64,000 bases of DNA. It comes from Anaerolineae bacterium (GTDB taxonomy: Bacteria > Chloroflexota > Anaerolineae > Aggregatilineales > Phototrophicaceae). The stretch is taken from NCBI GenBank assembly GCA_034420635.1, contig DAOULD010000136.1, positions 14,372-78,371 on the forward strand, read 5' to 3'. How positions within the stretch are numbered: position 1 is the first letter of the stretch; each line of letters opens with the position of its first letter. The notes beneath the pieces are model-generated. The model worked only from the letters and a program-made list of their open reading frames with translations. It had not been told where the DNA came from and did not search any database. The translations under genes were made by a program, and so were the position numbers. This document shows, piece after piece, positions 9,297 to 19,122 of this stretch.

Positions 9297-11212
9297 AAGC
9301 AATGCGCGCCGATACTGCAAACGCCAGGAACAGGGATCTCAGCCATTTGTCCCTGCTCGCTCTAACGGTTGTTATATTGCTTTTCTCTTTTGCTGTTGGC
9401 GCGCGCGGGTTGAACGCGGACCTGGTGTGGAATGATGAATTGGCGTCGCTCACCAACTTCGGCGCCTTCAATAGGACACTGACCCTGCAAGGCGTGATCG
9501 AATTAATGCAGCAGTATAGTCCTGCGGATGTACCTGTTTTCCCCTGGATCGGCTACATATGGGCGCGACTAGCTGGATGGTCGCAATTTGCCCTGCGGTC
9601 GCTGTCTCTTTTTGCCGGTGTATTAATGATCGCCCAATTGAATAGCTTTGCGTCCAGAGTTTTCGATCGGCGGGTAGCCGTCGTTGCCTCGTATCTTATC
9701 GGGAGCAGTTCTTTCGTATTGCTTTACTTTCACGAGCTGCGAACCTATACGATTTTCATGCTCTTTGTCACTATCTATTTGACAGCCTATTGGGAGCTTG
9801 CTTTCGCTGCTCGCGCGACGTTTTTTCCCAGGCTGCTTATTCCAATATGTACGGTTGTCCTTCTCTATACGACAATTATTTCGTTAGTCTTTTTCGCGAC
9901 GCTTGCGATAATTCATGTCTTGTTCGCTCCAAAAAGGCGGCAGTGGATAGAGATCGTGTTGAGTTGGGTGCTTGGCGCGATGTTCATGCTTCCGTTCGCA
10001 GCATCGCACGCGCAAGGGGTGGGGCTGGTTACAAATGATGGGTTGGCCGCTTCCGCTCCCGAAGTTCTTTGTGCCTTCTTGCGTCTTGCCGTCAACGGCC
10101 TGGACTTTTTGTGGGCTCCGCTTATAGCTGTTGTGTGCTACGCGCTGTGGAAGACAGCCAATCGCGACCTGCTGCGATTAATCGCGTTTGCGGCGATCAC
10201 GGTCGCGCTCCTGCTGTTGGCGAACGACCAGTTCGCGCTAATTGCTGTAACGCGGATTCGTTATTTCCTGCTCGCCTGGATCCTACTTGTCGTCATTTTC
10301 GCATGCGGCTTGGTCTCATTGCCCCGTTGGAAGTTGCCTACGGTCGTTCTACTGGCGATATGGTTCGTGGCGGGCAGCCAGTTCGGACAATCTGCAGACT
10401 TCTCAACATATTATGCTGGCGCGAAAGCATCCGCGCCGGATGCGCCCCCGCTATCGCAAATTGTAACCCGCCTTCGAGGAAGGGCAGGACCTCAAGACTT
10501 CTTGCTTGGGTTTTATGAATCTTACGATCCGAACTATGTTTGGCAGGTCCACAGCGCCGGAAGCGTCGCCGACTACTACTTGAATACTCAACTGGGCATT
10601 GACGGCGTGTTTCTTCATGCGAATCGCAAACGCTATCGGCTGGAGGAAGACGTCCGGTCGATTCTCAGATCCCATCCTCACGTTCTGCTTGCCCACGACC
10701 CATTGAAAGTCCCGCTGAACTATGCCAGAACGCTTGCGATCATTGAAGAAGATTACCTAGCGTGCGCATCGTTGGTGGAGGAGCCGGCGCTGCGAATCCG
10801 CAAATATGCGCATCCCGTTATGGGCTGCAATCACCAACCCGCTCCCATTGATTACGACAATGACATACGATTAATTGACCGCGCCGCGCGTTACGATACC
10901 GACGCAGAGGTTGTTCAAGCGTTGACCTGGTGGGATGTCCCGGACGGCGAAATGCTGAACCAATACAATATTTCCTTGCAAATCATCACCTCGGATTGGC
11001 AAAACATTCGACAAATTGATCGCCATCTTTATGACGGATTGGTCCCTTGGAGTGTCATTGAACTGTCCACGGCAGATCTCCCCCTCGACGACTACCGGAT
11101 CATGTTGATCTTGTACAATCGAGAGAACGGGTCCAAAGTCCCAGGCGTCGATGAACTCAGCGGCGAATCGGCCGGTATTCTTCCGATTGCGTCTTTTTCC
11201 ATCGACACCTAG
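9293..11212 (+). CDS. GT-C fold membrane glycosyltransferase with C-terminal domain; paralog 4 of 8 (subgroup A)
   Basis: 639 aa. The ATG start overlaps the paralog-3 stop (ATGA). Motifs: VWNDELASL, SPADVPVFPWI, FHELRTYTIF, LLYTTIIS, HPHVLLAHDPLKVPLNYARTL, MGCNHQPAPIDYDND, YNISLQ, DDYRIMLILY. Confidence 0.8.
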   Translation: MKAMRADTANARNRDLSHLSLLALTVVILLFSFAVGARGLNADLVWNDELASLTNFGAFNRTLTLQGVIELMQQYSPADVPVFPWIGYIWARLAGWSQFALRSLSLFAGVLMIAQLNSFASRVFDRRVAVVASYLIGSSSFVLLYFHELRTYTIFMLFVTIYLTAYWELAFAARATFFPRLLIPICTVVLLYTTIISLVFFATLAIIHVLFAPKRRQWIEIVLSWVLGAMFMLPFAASHAQGVGLVTNDGLAASAPEVLCAFLRLAVNGLDFLWAPLIAVVCYALWKTANRDLLRLIAFAAITVALLLLANDQFALIAVTRIRYFLLAWILLVVIFACGLVSLPRWKLPTVVLLAIWFVAGSQFGQSADFSTYYAGAKASAPDAPPLSQIVTRLRGRAGPQDFLLGFYESYDPNYVWQVHSAGSVADYYLNTQLGIDGVFLHANRKRYRLEEDVRSILRSHPHVLLAHDPLKVPLNYARTLAIIEEDYLACASLVEEPALRIRKYAHPVMGCNHQPAPIDYDNDIRLIDRAARYDTDAEVVQALTWWDVPDGEMLNQYNISLQIITSDWQNIRQIDRHLYDGLVPWSVIELSTADLPLDDYRIMLILYNRENGSKVPGVDELSGESAGILPIASFSIDT

Positions 11213-11260
11213 AACCATTTGTGGTACGACGAGACCTTCTGAAAACTCTTCTGCGGCTCA

Positions 11261-13198
11261 ATGGATATGAAGCGCAAAGCCATCGCATCGCGTTCGACGA
11301 ACGCCACAGAAAACGCCCTCATCAGTTGCGGCAGCCTTGCAACTATGGTCGCTGTTTTTTTGCTAGTGTTTGCCATCAGCGTGAGCGGAGCGAATGGCTA
11401 TATCTTCCGCACCGACGAACTGTTTTCTGTCTCCAATATGGGCGGGTTTGATCCGCTTTACGGTCCTGCCGAGATTATTCACTCGATTTCGCAATTCAGC
11501 CCGGATCATGCCCCGCTGTTTTTCTTACTTGGCGCCGGCTGGGCGAGTGTCGCGGGCTGGACACAGTTCGCCTTGCGCATGTTTGCTGTTTTGACGGCGA
11601 TTGTGATGATCGCCTGTTTGTACCGTTATGCGACCGATGCTTTCGATTACCGAACCGGCCTGCTTTCATCGATCTTGATGGGCGCGTCCGCATACTTGGT
11701 TCTGCACTTTCACGACTTTCGCATGTATCCACTGCTGCTTTTGCTTGCGATCGTTCACAGTTGGCTCTATTGGCGGCTGGAGAGCGGACGGGCGGCCAAT
11801 CGGCGGCACTGGACCCTATTTGTTTTCTCGGCGATATCGCTGCTTTATACGCATACGTTTTCGGTCATACTATTTGCCGGACTGGCGGCTTTTCACCTGA
11901 TTCTTGCGCGCAAATCAAATCACTTTATGAAGATTTGGGCGGGATGGGCGATAGCCGCGATTGCTTATTTGCCATACTTTCCGACAACTCTGGCTGCGCT
12001 GGAACAAGCGGCTCAAATCGAAAAAGTGACGGCGGCCGCCGCGAGTATCGGAGAACTGATTGGGACTTTCTCGCATCTGTTGACGAATGGCGCTGACTGG
12101 CTTCTGGTTCCCTTTGGCGCAGCAGTCGTATATGGCGTACTTCGCCTTCGCGACCGCGCCTCTTCGAGGCTGCTGTTTCTTGCGCTTGGGATGCTCATCG
12201 TCCCGCTCGCGCTTAACGAGTTGGTGGGTTTGATTCCGCTCTCGAGGATGCGCTATTTCCTGATACTTTGGTTTCCCTTCCTGTTGCTTTTTGCCCGCGG
12301 GATCACGCTAGCGCCGCGCTGGGCATGGCTGGCGCCGATTCTTGTGATTGCCTGGTCGGTTGCCGCGTATCAATACTATCATTCTGAGGATGTGCTACTC
12401 TACATAGGGGGCATGTCCAAGACGCGCAACTATCCCGCTCTGGACGACTATGTGAGACAGTTGCGCAACAAAGTTCGGTCGGAAGACTTCCTGCTCGGTT
12501 TCGCCCGCAATTACTACCTCAATCACGATCACAAACACGGCAAGAGCGTGTCCGACTATTATACGCAGTTACAATTGGGCATCGACGGCGCATTCGTTCG
12601 CAGCCGGGCGGTCGGTCCTTGGCTCGTCGAGGAGATGGACGAATTGATTGACGGGCATCCGTATCTGTTATTCGCCTATGAGCCGCAGAACGCGCCTGAC
12701 GGACTTGAAGGCGCCATACACGTGATGCACAGCAGGTATAAAGCCTGCGACGTCTTGGTTGATTCCAGTACGCTCTATGTGCAAAGATTCGTCGATCCCT
12801 TGCTGCATTGCGATCGAGCTTCTCTGCGTATCGAATACGAAAATGGTATTGCAATTGCCGATCGCTATGTTGAGTTCCAGCCGGATGCCGCTCTTTTGAC
12901 GTTACTGATCGGCTGGGATGTACCCAACCAGCGTTTGTTGAATGCTTTCAGTTTCTCGCTCCAGGTTCATACGCCACAAGGGGAAAAGGTCGCGGAGGGA
13001 CATAGCGACTTTTATCTGCATCAGTTTTCGCGAAAGTGGAACACGCTTAAACTGCCTATCGCCGGCATCGCTCCTGGTGAGTATCGTCTGGTTGTCATTC
13101 TGTATAATACCGAGAGCGGGAAGAAAGTCGGGGGAGTCGATATTTCCACAGGCGAGACGGGCACGATTCTTCCGATTCTTTCCTTTACTGTAGAATAG
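11261..13198 (+). CDS. GT-C fold membrane glycosyltransferase with C-terminal domain; paralog 5 of 8 (subgroup B)
   Basis: 645 aa. Motifs: IFRTDELFSV, SPDHAPLFFLL, FHDFRMYPLL, WLYWRLESG, LLYTHTFS, RMRYFLILW, HPYLLFAYEPQNAP, LHCDRASLRIEYENG, GEYRLVVILY. Confidence 0.8.
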   Translation: MDMKRKAIASRSTNATENALISCGSLATMVAVFLLVFAISVSGANGYIFRTDELFSVSNMGGFDPLYGPAEIIHSISQFSPDHAPLFFLLGAGWASVAGWTQFALRMFAVLTAIVMIACLYRYATDAFDYRTGLLSSILMGASAYLVLHFHDFRMYPLLLLLAIVHSWLYWRLESGRAANRRHWTLFVFSAISLLYTHTFSVILFAGLAAFHLILARKSNHFMKIWAGWAIAAIAYLPYFPTTLAALEQAAQIEKVTAAAASIGELIGTFSHLLTNGADWLLVPFGAAVVYGVLRLRDRASSRLLFLALGMLIVPLALNELVGLIPLSRMRYFLILWFPFLLLFARGITLAPRWAWLAPILVIAWSVAAYQYYHSEDVLLYIGGMSKTRNYPALDDYVRQLRNKVRSEDFLLGFARNYYLNHDHKHGKSVSDYYTQLQLGIDGAFVRSRAVGPWLVEEMDELIDGHPYLLFAYEPQNAPDGLEGAIHVMHSRYKACDVLVDSSTLYVQRFVDPLLHCDRASLRIEYENGIAIADRYVEFQPDAALLTLLIGWDVPNQRLLNAFSFSLQVHTPQGEKVAEGHSDFYLHQFSRKWNTLKLPIAGIAPGEYRLVVILYNTESGKKVGGVDISTGETGTILPILSFTVE

Positions 13199-13236
13199 AG
13201 TTAGCGCTTCAATCTCATCGTGGGAAGAAGTCGCAA

Positions 13237-15192
13237 TTGGCAACTTTTCCCGACTGGGGAGACTTCGTCTTGCAGTTCCGCAGCATCTTCTCCGACAAAC
13301 ATGATACTATCGGCAAGGACGCGTCATCTTTGCTGATGGTCTTCGTTCTCCTCTGCGTTTTTGTGTTTGGCGCCAATGGCTTGAATACCGACTCCATCTG
13401 GACCGATGAGCTATACGCCATTACCAACATGGGTGGATTCGACGGACCTTATTCGCCGGCGGAAGTTGTCAATTCAGTAGCCGAGAACTTCCCCGATCAC
13501 GTGCCGCTCTTCTTCTTGCTTGGCGCCGGCTGGGCAAACTTCGTGGGATGGACGCAATTCGCCCTGCGCTTGTTGCCGGTATTCGCGGGCGTACTCATGA
13601 TTGCCTGGACGTATCGCCTGGCGAGCGACATGTTTGATCGTTTTGCTGGCTTGGCTGCCGCAAGTCTCTTGGCTACCTCGGCCTACATGGTCCTGTATAT
13701 CCATGACTTCCGTATGTATTCACTGTTTCTCACGCTCGCTATTGTACATTTGTGGCTTTATTGGAAACTGATGGAGCGCAAATCAATAGATGGCCGTCCG
13801 ACATTTGTGGCTTTCGTGTTGTCGGCGGTTGCGCTGATTTACACGCACTTCTTCTCGATCATCTTTTTCACAGGGCTTGGCGCATATCATCTCCTAATCT
13901 TGCGGAAGTCTCGCCGTTGGTGGCAAACGTTGCTAGGCTGGGCGATTGCCGCAACGCTCTTCTTGCCCTATCTGCCGGTCTTGATTGCTGGCGTTCAGCG
14001 CGCTGCGGACAAGCCAAATGTCACTAGCAGAGCGGCTTCGGCTCCCGAATTGCTTTCCACGTTTCTCTGGCTGCTGACAAACGGGGCGCCCTGGCTGCTG
14101 GTTCTCCTGACTCTGCTTGTGGCTATCGGCTTTCGTCGCCGGCGCGATCATAAGGCTGCAAAATTCACGCTGATCCCGCTGACGATGGTGATCTTGATCA
14201 TCGTCGCCAATGAGTGGATTGGTCTCATCCCCTTGACCAGGATGCGATATTTCTTGATTGTCTGGATTCCGATGTTCCTCATCATAGCTTATGGCTTGAG
14301 TGCTTTGCCGAGCCGGCGCGCCGTGACAACGCTCATCATGCTGATGTGGTGTCTGTCTGGCTTTCAGTTTTATCGGTCAGAAGAGATCATGAACCATGTA
14401 GGCAGTATGGTGTTTACCAGGCTCTATCCGCCACTGCCTGATTATGTCTGGCATTTGACGGGAAAACTGCGCTCGGAGGATTATCTGCTGGGATTCTCCA
14501 AGAGCAGCCATGTGAACAAAGTCCTGACACTGGGGAAGAGTGTGGCGGATTATTACACGCAGGAGCAACTGGGTATCAATGGCGCCTTTATCCGTCGTGG
14601 CGCCTATGGAGAATGGCTGGAAGGTGAGATCAGGCAATGGATGGGAAATCAGCCCTATCTATTATTCGCGTTTGATCCTCAAGATTTGCCAAACAGTTAT
14701 CAGCGAGTGCGCGAAGTCATCGAAAGCAAGTATTTGCAATGCGAAGTCGTGGTGGAAGAACCGCAACTTTTTGTCCAGCGCTATGTCAATTTACGTCTGG
14801 GCTGTGACCGCGAATACCGGCCGATAGCCTATGAAAATGGCGTGACGCTGGTCGACCGTTTCGCCCAATATGCTCCGGAAGAGCAGAAAGTCTACATCCT
14901 TACCGGTTGGGAAGTGGAGAACGAAGAGGCGCTATATGAGTATAATTTGTCCTTGCAATTCATCACGCCGGATTGGCAACGACTGGGAGCGCAAATCGAC
15001 CGCCATCTTTATGATAATATTCTCCCGTGGTTTACGGCCGAATTGTCTACCGAGGATCTGCCGCCCGGCGATTATCGCCTGATGGTCATCCTCTACGATC
15101 GCGAATCGCGGAAGAAAGTGGGGGGAGTCGTCCTGGCCAGCGGGTGGGAAGACAGTATCTTCCCGATAGTCTCGTTTACCGTAGAAGCCTGA
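13237..15192 (+). CDS. GT-C fold membrane glycosyltransferase with C-terminal domain; paralog 6 of 8 (subgroup B)
   Basis: 651 aa; the longest ORF starts at TTG, so the true start is uncertain. Motifs: IWTDELYAI, FPDHVPLFFLL, IHDFRMYSLF, WLYWKLMER, LIYTHFFS, RMRYFLIVW, QPYLLFAFDPQDLP, LGCDREYRPIAYENG, YNLSLQ, GDYRLMVILY. Confidence 0.8.
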   Translation: MATFPDWGDFVLQFRSIFSDKHDTIGKDASSLLMVFVLLCVFVFGANGLNTDSIWTDELYAITNMGGFDGPYSPAEVVNSVAENFPDHVPLFFLLGAGWANFVGWTQFALRLLPVFAGVLMIAWTYRLASDMFDRFAGLAAASLLATSAYMVLYIHDFRMYSLFLTLAIVHLWLYWKLMERKSIDGRPTFVAFVLSAVALIYTHFFSIIFFTGLGAYHLLILRKSRRWWQTLLGWAIAATLFLPYLPVLIAGVQRAADKPNVTSRAASAPELLSTFLWLLTNGAPWLLVLLTLLVAIGFRRRRDHKAAKFTLIPLTMVILIIVANEWIGLIPLTRMRYFLIVWIPMFLIIAYGLSALPSRRAVTTLIMLMWCLSGFQFYRSEEIMNHVGSMVFTRLYPPLPDYVWHLTGKLRSEDYLLGFSKSSHVNKVLTLGKSVADYYTQEQLGINGAFIRRGAYGEWLEGEIRQWMGNQPYLLFAFDPQDLPNSYQRVREVIESKYLQCEVVVEEPQLFVQRYVNLRLGCDREYRPIAYENGVTLVDRFAQYAPEEQKVYILTGWEVENEEALYEYNLSLQFITPDWQRLGAQIDRHLYDNILPWFTAELSTEDLPPGDYRLMVILYDRESRKKVGGVVLASGWEDSIFPIVSFTVEA

Positions 15193-15245
15193 GCGCTAAT
15201 TGATCAAGCTCTGCCGTCGCAGATCTACAGGTACGGAATCAAGCC

Positions 15246-17195
15246 ATGCGCGCTGCACAATCCAGTAGCTCAAAGCAAAAGCGAAATACGGAACAGGACG
15301 CAAACGGTTGGGAGATCGGCCGCGGAAGCGCGCTGGCCTTGCTGACTATCATAATGTTGATGGCTTTTGCTTTCGGCGCCAATGGACTGAATACCGAACC
15401 GATTTGGGCGGATGAATTGTATTCTCTGACCAATATGGGTGTTTTCGATCCACCCTATAGCCCACAACAGATCATCAATTCGATTACAACCTATAGTTCG
15501 GATCATGTACCGCTGTATTACCTGCTGGGATCGGTATGGGCGCAATTAGTCGGATGGTCCCAGGTTTCCATGCGCATGTTTTCGGTGCTGTCCGGGGTGC
15601 TTATGATTGCATGGCTTTATCGCCTGTCAACGGAAGTATTCTGCCAGCGGACAGGTTTGATTGCGGCGCTGCTCATGACCACATCGGCTTACGTAATTGT
15701 CTTCTTCCACGATATCCGCATGTATACGATGCTGTTATTGCTGTTCGCCATGCAGGCCTGGTTCTATTGGCGAATTGCTCACACACAGCAAGTGTCCCGC
15801 CTGTACTGGGTCGCATTCTTCTTATCTGCCTTGGCTCTACTTTATACACATGTATTCTCGCTGCTGGTTTTCACACTGCTCGGCTTATACCACCTGTTAT
15901 TTGCGCCACGGTCGGCGCGCTGGCTTCGTTTGCTGACTGTTTGGGGACTAACCGGGCTGCTGTTTTTGCCGTATTTACCAACATTGTTTACCGCCATTGC
16001 TTTGGCCGCGGAAAACGTAAAGGTGACGACTGCCGCGGCGTCTATCCCGGAATTGATCTACAATTTTGCTTTCCTGCTCTTCAATGGTCAGGATTTGTTG
16101 ATCCCGCTGTTTGCAGGGATTGTGATTTACTCCTTATGGCGCACCCGTTCCAGCGTCGCCTGGAAATTCGCGCTGGTGTCGCTGGCGGTATTGCTGCTGA
16201 TCACTTTGCTCAACGAGCTTGTGGGCATCATCCCGGTAAAGCGCATGCGATATTTCCTCATCTTGTGGATCCCCTTCGTCATGATCTGCGCCTTTGGCCT
16301 TACATCAATGCCGCGTTGGCGCCGCGCCACTTTTTTGTTCGCGCTGATTTGGATATCTGCGGGTTACCAATTCTATCGCTCACAACAACTGTTAGACTAT
16401 ATTGGCGGTATGCAGAAGGCGCGTCTTCACCCGCCAATACACGAATACGCGGACGCGCTGCTTGGCAAGGTTCGGTCGGAAGACTTCCTGCTGGGGTTTT
16501 CCTTCGTTGATTATGTGAACAATGTCTACAAGTTTGGCGATAACGTGATTGACTATTATACCGGCGCGCAGTTGGGTATCGACGGCGCTTTTATTCCCTG
16601 GCGCTGGAGTGGGGAACGTTTGATGATCGATCTCGTTCGCAAGATCGATCGACATCCCTATATCTTGCTCGCCTACCATCCAAATGACCTCAAAAAGAAT
16701 CACGAAGACGTGTACGAGTACATCGCGGCCCGCTACGATAGTTGCGAGGCGATCATTGATAGAGAAGACCTGTTTGTTCAGCGTTTCGTGAATCCCCTAG
16801 CGGGTTGCCAGCACGAATACCTGCCCATTCATTTCGAAAACGGAATCATCATCGTCGACCGATTCGGCGAGTACGATGCGACGAAGGACCTGTTTCGGAT
16901 CGTCACCGGTTGGGAAGTCGCGTCCGATCAGCAGCTTGACCAATACAATATCTCGATACAGTTGCTGGATTCTGAATGGGAGAAATACTGGCAAGGCGAT
17001 TGGCATCTCTACAATCGCATCTTGAAATGGCACGAATTGGAATTCCAGCCGACTCGCCAACTCACTCCAGGCGTTTACCGCCTCGTGGTTATCCTATACG
17101 ATCGCGAAACTGGCGAGAGAGTCGCGGGCGTAGACTTAAGCAGTGGCGAAACCGGCCAGCTTCTGCCGCTCTTGACCATCTCTGTCGAAGCCTAG
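15246..17195 (+). CDS. GT-C fold membrane glycosyltransferase with C-terminal domain; paralog 7 of 8 (subgroup B)
   Basis: 649 aa. Motifs: IWADELYSL, SSDHVPLYYLL, FHDIRMYTML, WFYWRIAHT, LLYTHVFS, RMRYFLILW, HPYILLAYHPNDL, AGCQHEYLPIHFENG, YNISIQ, GVYRLVVILY. Confidence 0.8.
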   Translation: MRAAQSSSSKQKRNTEQDANGWEIGRGSALALLTIIMLMAFAFGANGLNTEPIWADELYSLTNMGVFDPPYSPQQIINSITTYSSDHVPLYYLLGSVWAQLVGWSQVSMRMFSVLSGVLMIAWLYRLSTEVFCQRTGLIAALLMTTSAYVIVFFHDIRMYTMLLLLFAMQAWFYWRIAHTQQVSRLYWVAFFLSALALLYTHVFSLLVFTLLGLYHLLFAPRSARWLRLLTVWGLTGLLFLPYLPTLFTAIALAAENVKVTTAAASIPELIYNFAFLLFNGQDLLIPLFAGIVIYSLWRTRSSVAWKFALVSLAVLLLITLLNELVGIIPVKRMRYFLILWIPFVMICAFGLTSMPRWRRATFLFALIWISAGYQFYRSQQLLDYIGGMQKARLHPPIHEYADALLGKVRSEDFLLGFSFVDYVNNVYKFGDNVIDYYTGAQLGIDGAFIPWRWSGERLMIDLVRKIDRHPYILLAYHPNDLKKNHEDVYEYIAARYDSCEAIIDREDLFVQRFVNPLAGCQHEYLPIHFENGIIIVDRFGEYDATKDLFRIVTGWEVASDQQLDQYNISIQLLDSEWEKYWQGDWHLYNRILKWHELEFQPTRQLTPGVYRLVVILYDRETGERVAGVDLSSGETGQLLPLLTISVEA

Positions 17196-17201
17196 ACGCT
17201 C

Positions 17202-19112
17202 ATGCTAGATCCAGCCCCAGGCAAACGTCACCTATTCCAGGCTTTTCCTCGCTGGTGGCGGATGCTGCCGATATTACTGCTGGTAACGCTGCTGGCGGCG
17301 GGTGGGATTAACGCCGATGTCATCTGGTACGATGAACTGACTTCAATCGGCCATGCTGGCGGCTTGACGGGACCCTTTTCGCCGCTGGACGTGCTTCACT
17401 CGATCAGCACGCACAGCCCCAAACATGGTCCCTTGTTCTTTGAATTGCTGGCGGGTTGGGGCGCGCTTGTGGGGTGGCATCATGTTGTCTTGCGCTGCTT
17501 GCCACTCTTCTTTGGCGTTCTGACGGTCGCCTGGGTATACCGTATTGGGCAGGATTTTCTGGGTTGGCGCGCGGGACTATGGGCCAGCGCTTTCCTGGGG
17601 CTGAACGTCTTCTGGTTGGAGTACTTTCACGAAATCCGAATGTACACCGCGCAAGCGGCTATGCTCGTAGCGATGCTTTGGCATTACTTGCACATCGTGC
17701 AATCAAAGTCGACTATTGGCAAAGTACGTTGGTTCGGGCTGATCCTCACGGCATCGTTGTCACTATATGCCCAGCCTTTTTCACTCTTTGTTTTCCTGGC
17801 TGTCGGCTTCTATCACCTGGTATTCGTTCCCAAAACGAAGCGCTGGATTCATACTGCTCTGGCGTTTTTGCTTGTCGGCGTACTATACCTGCCTTGGCTT
17901 CCAGTAACTTACGTAGGGTTGACAACAAAGTTTGACGCTTGGGGAGAAATGCCCTTTGAGCAGGCGGTGGACGTCTTTCTCCAACTGCTGTCTAACGGAA
18001 ACTGGTTGGTGATTCTGATCGCGCTTGCTGCGGCTGCCTTGCACCTGCGGAAGCGCGAGAACTTGAAAAAAGCCTTGCCGTTTTGGGTGCTTGCCTTTGT
18101 CATCCTGGCGCTTCTATTGTCGGTGAATGAAGCTGTTAGACTTATTCCTTTACGCCGGTCTCGCTATTTCTTTGTCGTCTTTTACCCCGCCGCGCTAATC
18201 GTTGGCAGTGGCTTGGCATGGATACGACCGCGTCCGCTACCGATAATCCTCCTGGCGCTGTATATCGGTTCGGGGTTTGTCTTGCGCGGCAGGGACGATT
18301 ATGTCAATTATCAAGGTACGATTCGCGCCATCCAGAGTTATCCTCCCATTTACGACTACGTTCTGGCATTGCGGGATCTTGTCTCCGAAGAAGACTTCGT
18401 GGTCGGATTCTCCAACATCAATTTCATCATACGTCGAGGCAAAGTTGGCAAGAGCACGGCGGATTATTATTTTGAAACGCTGATGGGCATCGATGGAACC
18501 TTTATTCGAACGAACCTTGATAACGCTCAACTTGAGGAGGATATACCAGACAAGCTGGAAGACCATCCCTATCTTCTCTTTACCTACAATCCCTTGGACA
18601 AACCGGCGATCTTCGACCGAACCAGGTCAATCATCGAGAGAGATTATGCGCCTTGCGAACTTGTTTTAGACGAAGCGGAACTCCGCGTAGAGCGCTATGT
18701 CTACCGTACTCTGGACTGTGACCGCAAATATCAGCCGATTCGCTACGACAATGGCATCTCCATCGTTGACAAATTCGCTGATTTCATTCCCGATCGCGAT
18801 GTCCTGCGCGTCGTGACCGGATGGGAAGTGGCCGACAAAGCGCTTCTGGACCAATACAATATATCGATTCAGATCCATTCGCTGGACGGGCAAAAGGTCG
18901 CTCAAATCAACCCGGATCGTCACCTTTACCATGATGTCCTGAAGTGGTTCGTTGTGGAGTTGTCCACGTCAGATCTGTCGCCTGGCGACTATAGGGTTGT
19001 AGTCCTGGTCTATGACCGATATCCTCCGCACGCGAAGGTCTTCGGCAGCGACATCGAATCCGGCGAGTACGGGAAGATATTGCCCATACAGTCCTTCAGC
19101 ATTCCGGGATAG
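17202..19112 (+). CDS. GT-C fold membrane glycosyltransferase with C-terminal domain; paralog 8 of 8 (subgroup B, most divergent)
   Basis: 636 aa, starting 6 nt after the paralog-7 stop. Motifs: IWYDELTSI, SPKHGPLFFEL, FHEIRMYTAQ, SLYAQPFS, RSRYFFVVF, HPYLLFTYNPLDKP, LDCDRKYQPIRYDNG, YNISIQ, GDYRVVVLVY. Confidence 0.8.
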   Translation: MLDPAPGKRHLFQAFPRWWRMLPILLLVTLLAAGGINADVIWYDELTSIGHAGGLTGPFSPLDVLHSISTHSPKHGPLFFELLAGWGALVGWHHVVLRCLPLFFGVLTVAWVYRIGQDFLGWRAGLWASAFLGLNVFWLEYFHEIRMYTAQAAMLVAMLWHYLHIVQSKSTIGKVRWFGLILTASLSLYAQPFSLFVFLAVGFYHLVFVPKTKRWIHTALAFLLVGVLYLPWLPVTYVGLTTKFDAWGEMPFEQAVDVFLQLLSNGNWLVILIALAAAALHLRKRENLKKALPFWVLAFVILALLLSVNEAVRLIPLRRSRYFFVVFYPAALIVGSGLAWIRPRPLPIILLALYIGSGFVLRGRDDYVNYQGTIRAIQSYPPIYDYVLALRDLVSEEDFVVGFSNINFIIRRGKVGKSTADYYFETLMGIDGTFIRTNLDNAQLEEDIPDKLEDHPYLLFTYNPLDKPAIFDRTRSIIERDYAPCELVLDEAELRVERYVYRTLDCDRKYQPIRYDNGISIVDKFADFIPDRDVLRVVTGWEVADKALLDQYNISIQIHSLDGQKVAQINPDRHLYHDVLKWFVVELSTSDLSPGDYRVVVLVYDRYPPHAKVFGSDIESGEYGKILPIQSFSIPG

Positions 19113-19122
19113 GTATTCTGAT

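Noticed and set aside
15536-16510. Long alternative-frame or antisense ORFs in the track. Examples: 15536..16510 (+, 324 aa), 31404..32399 (+, 331 aa), 37436..38620 (+, 394 aa), 56366..57373 (-, 335 aa), 34856..35650, 47804..48535 and 57830..58540.
   Set aside because: Each lies wholly inside a strongly supported gene (GT-C paralog 7, nrdJ, murC, fadN, ftsA, rsmH). They have Arg/Ala/Gly-rich low-complexity composition typical of shadow ORFs in moderately GC-rich DNA, and they contain no recognisable motifs.
19012-19122. An upstream extension of the methyltransferase ORF (start at 19012) overlapping GT-C paralog 8 by 101 nt.
   Set aside because: The extension is Arg/Ser/Thr-rich with no motif, and it is read out of frame across the conserved C-terminus of paralog 8. 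ATG 19123, 10 nt after the stop, is the natural start.
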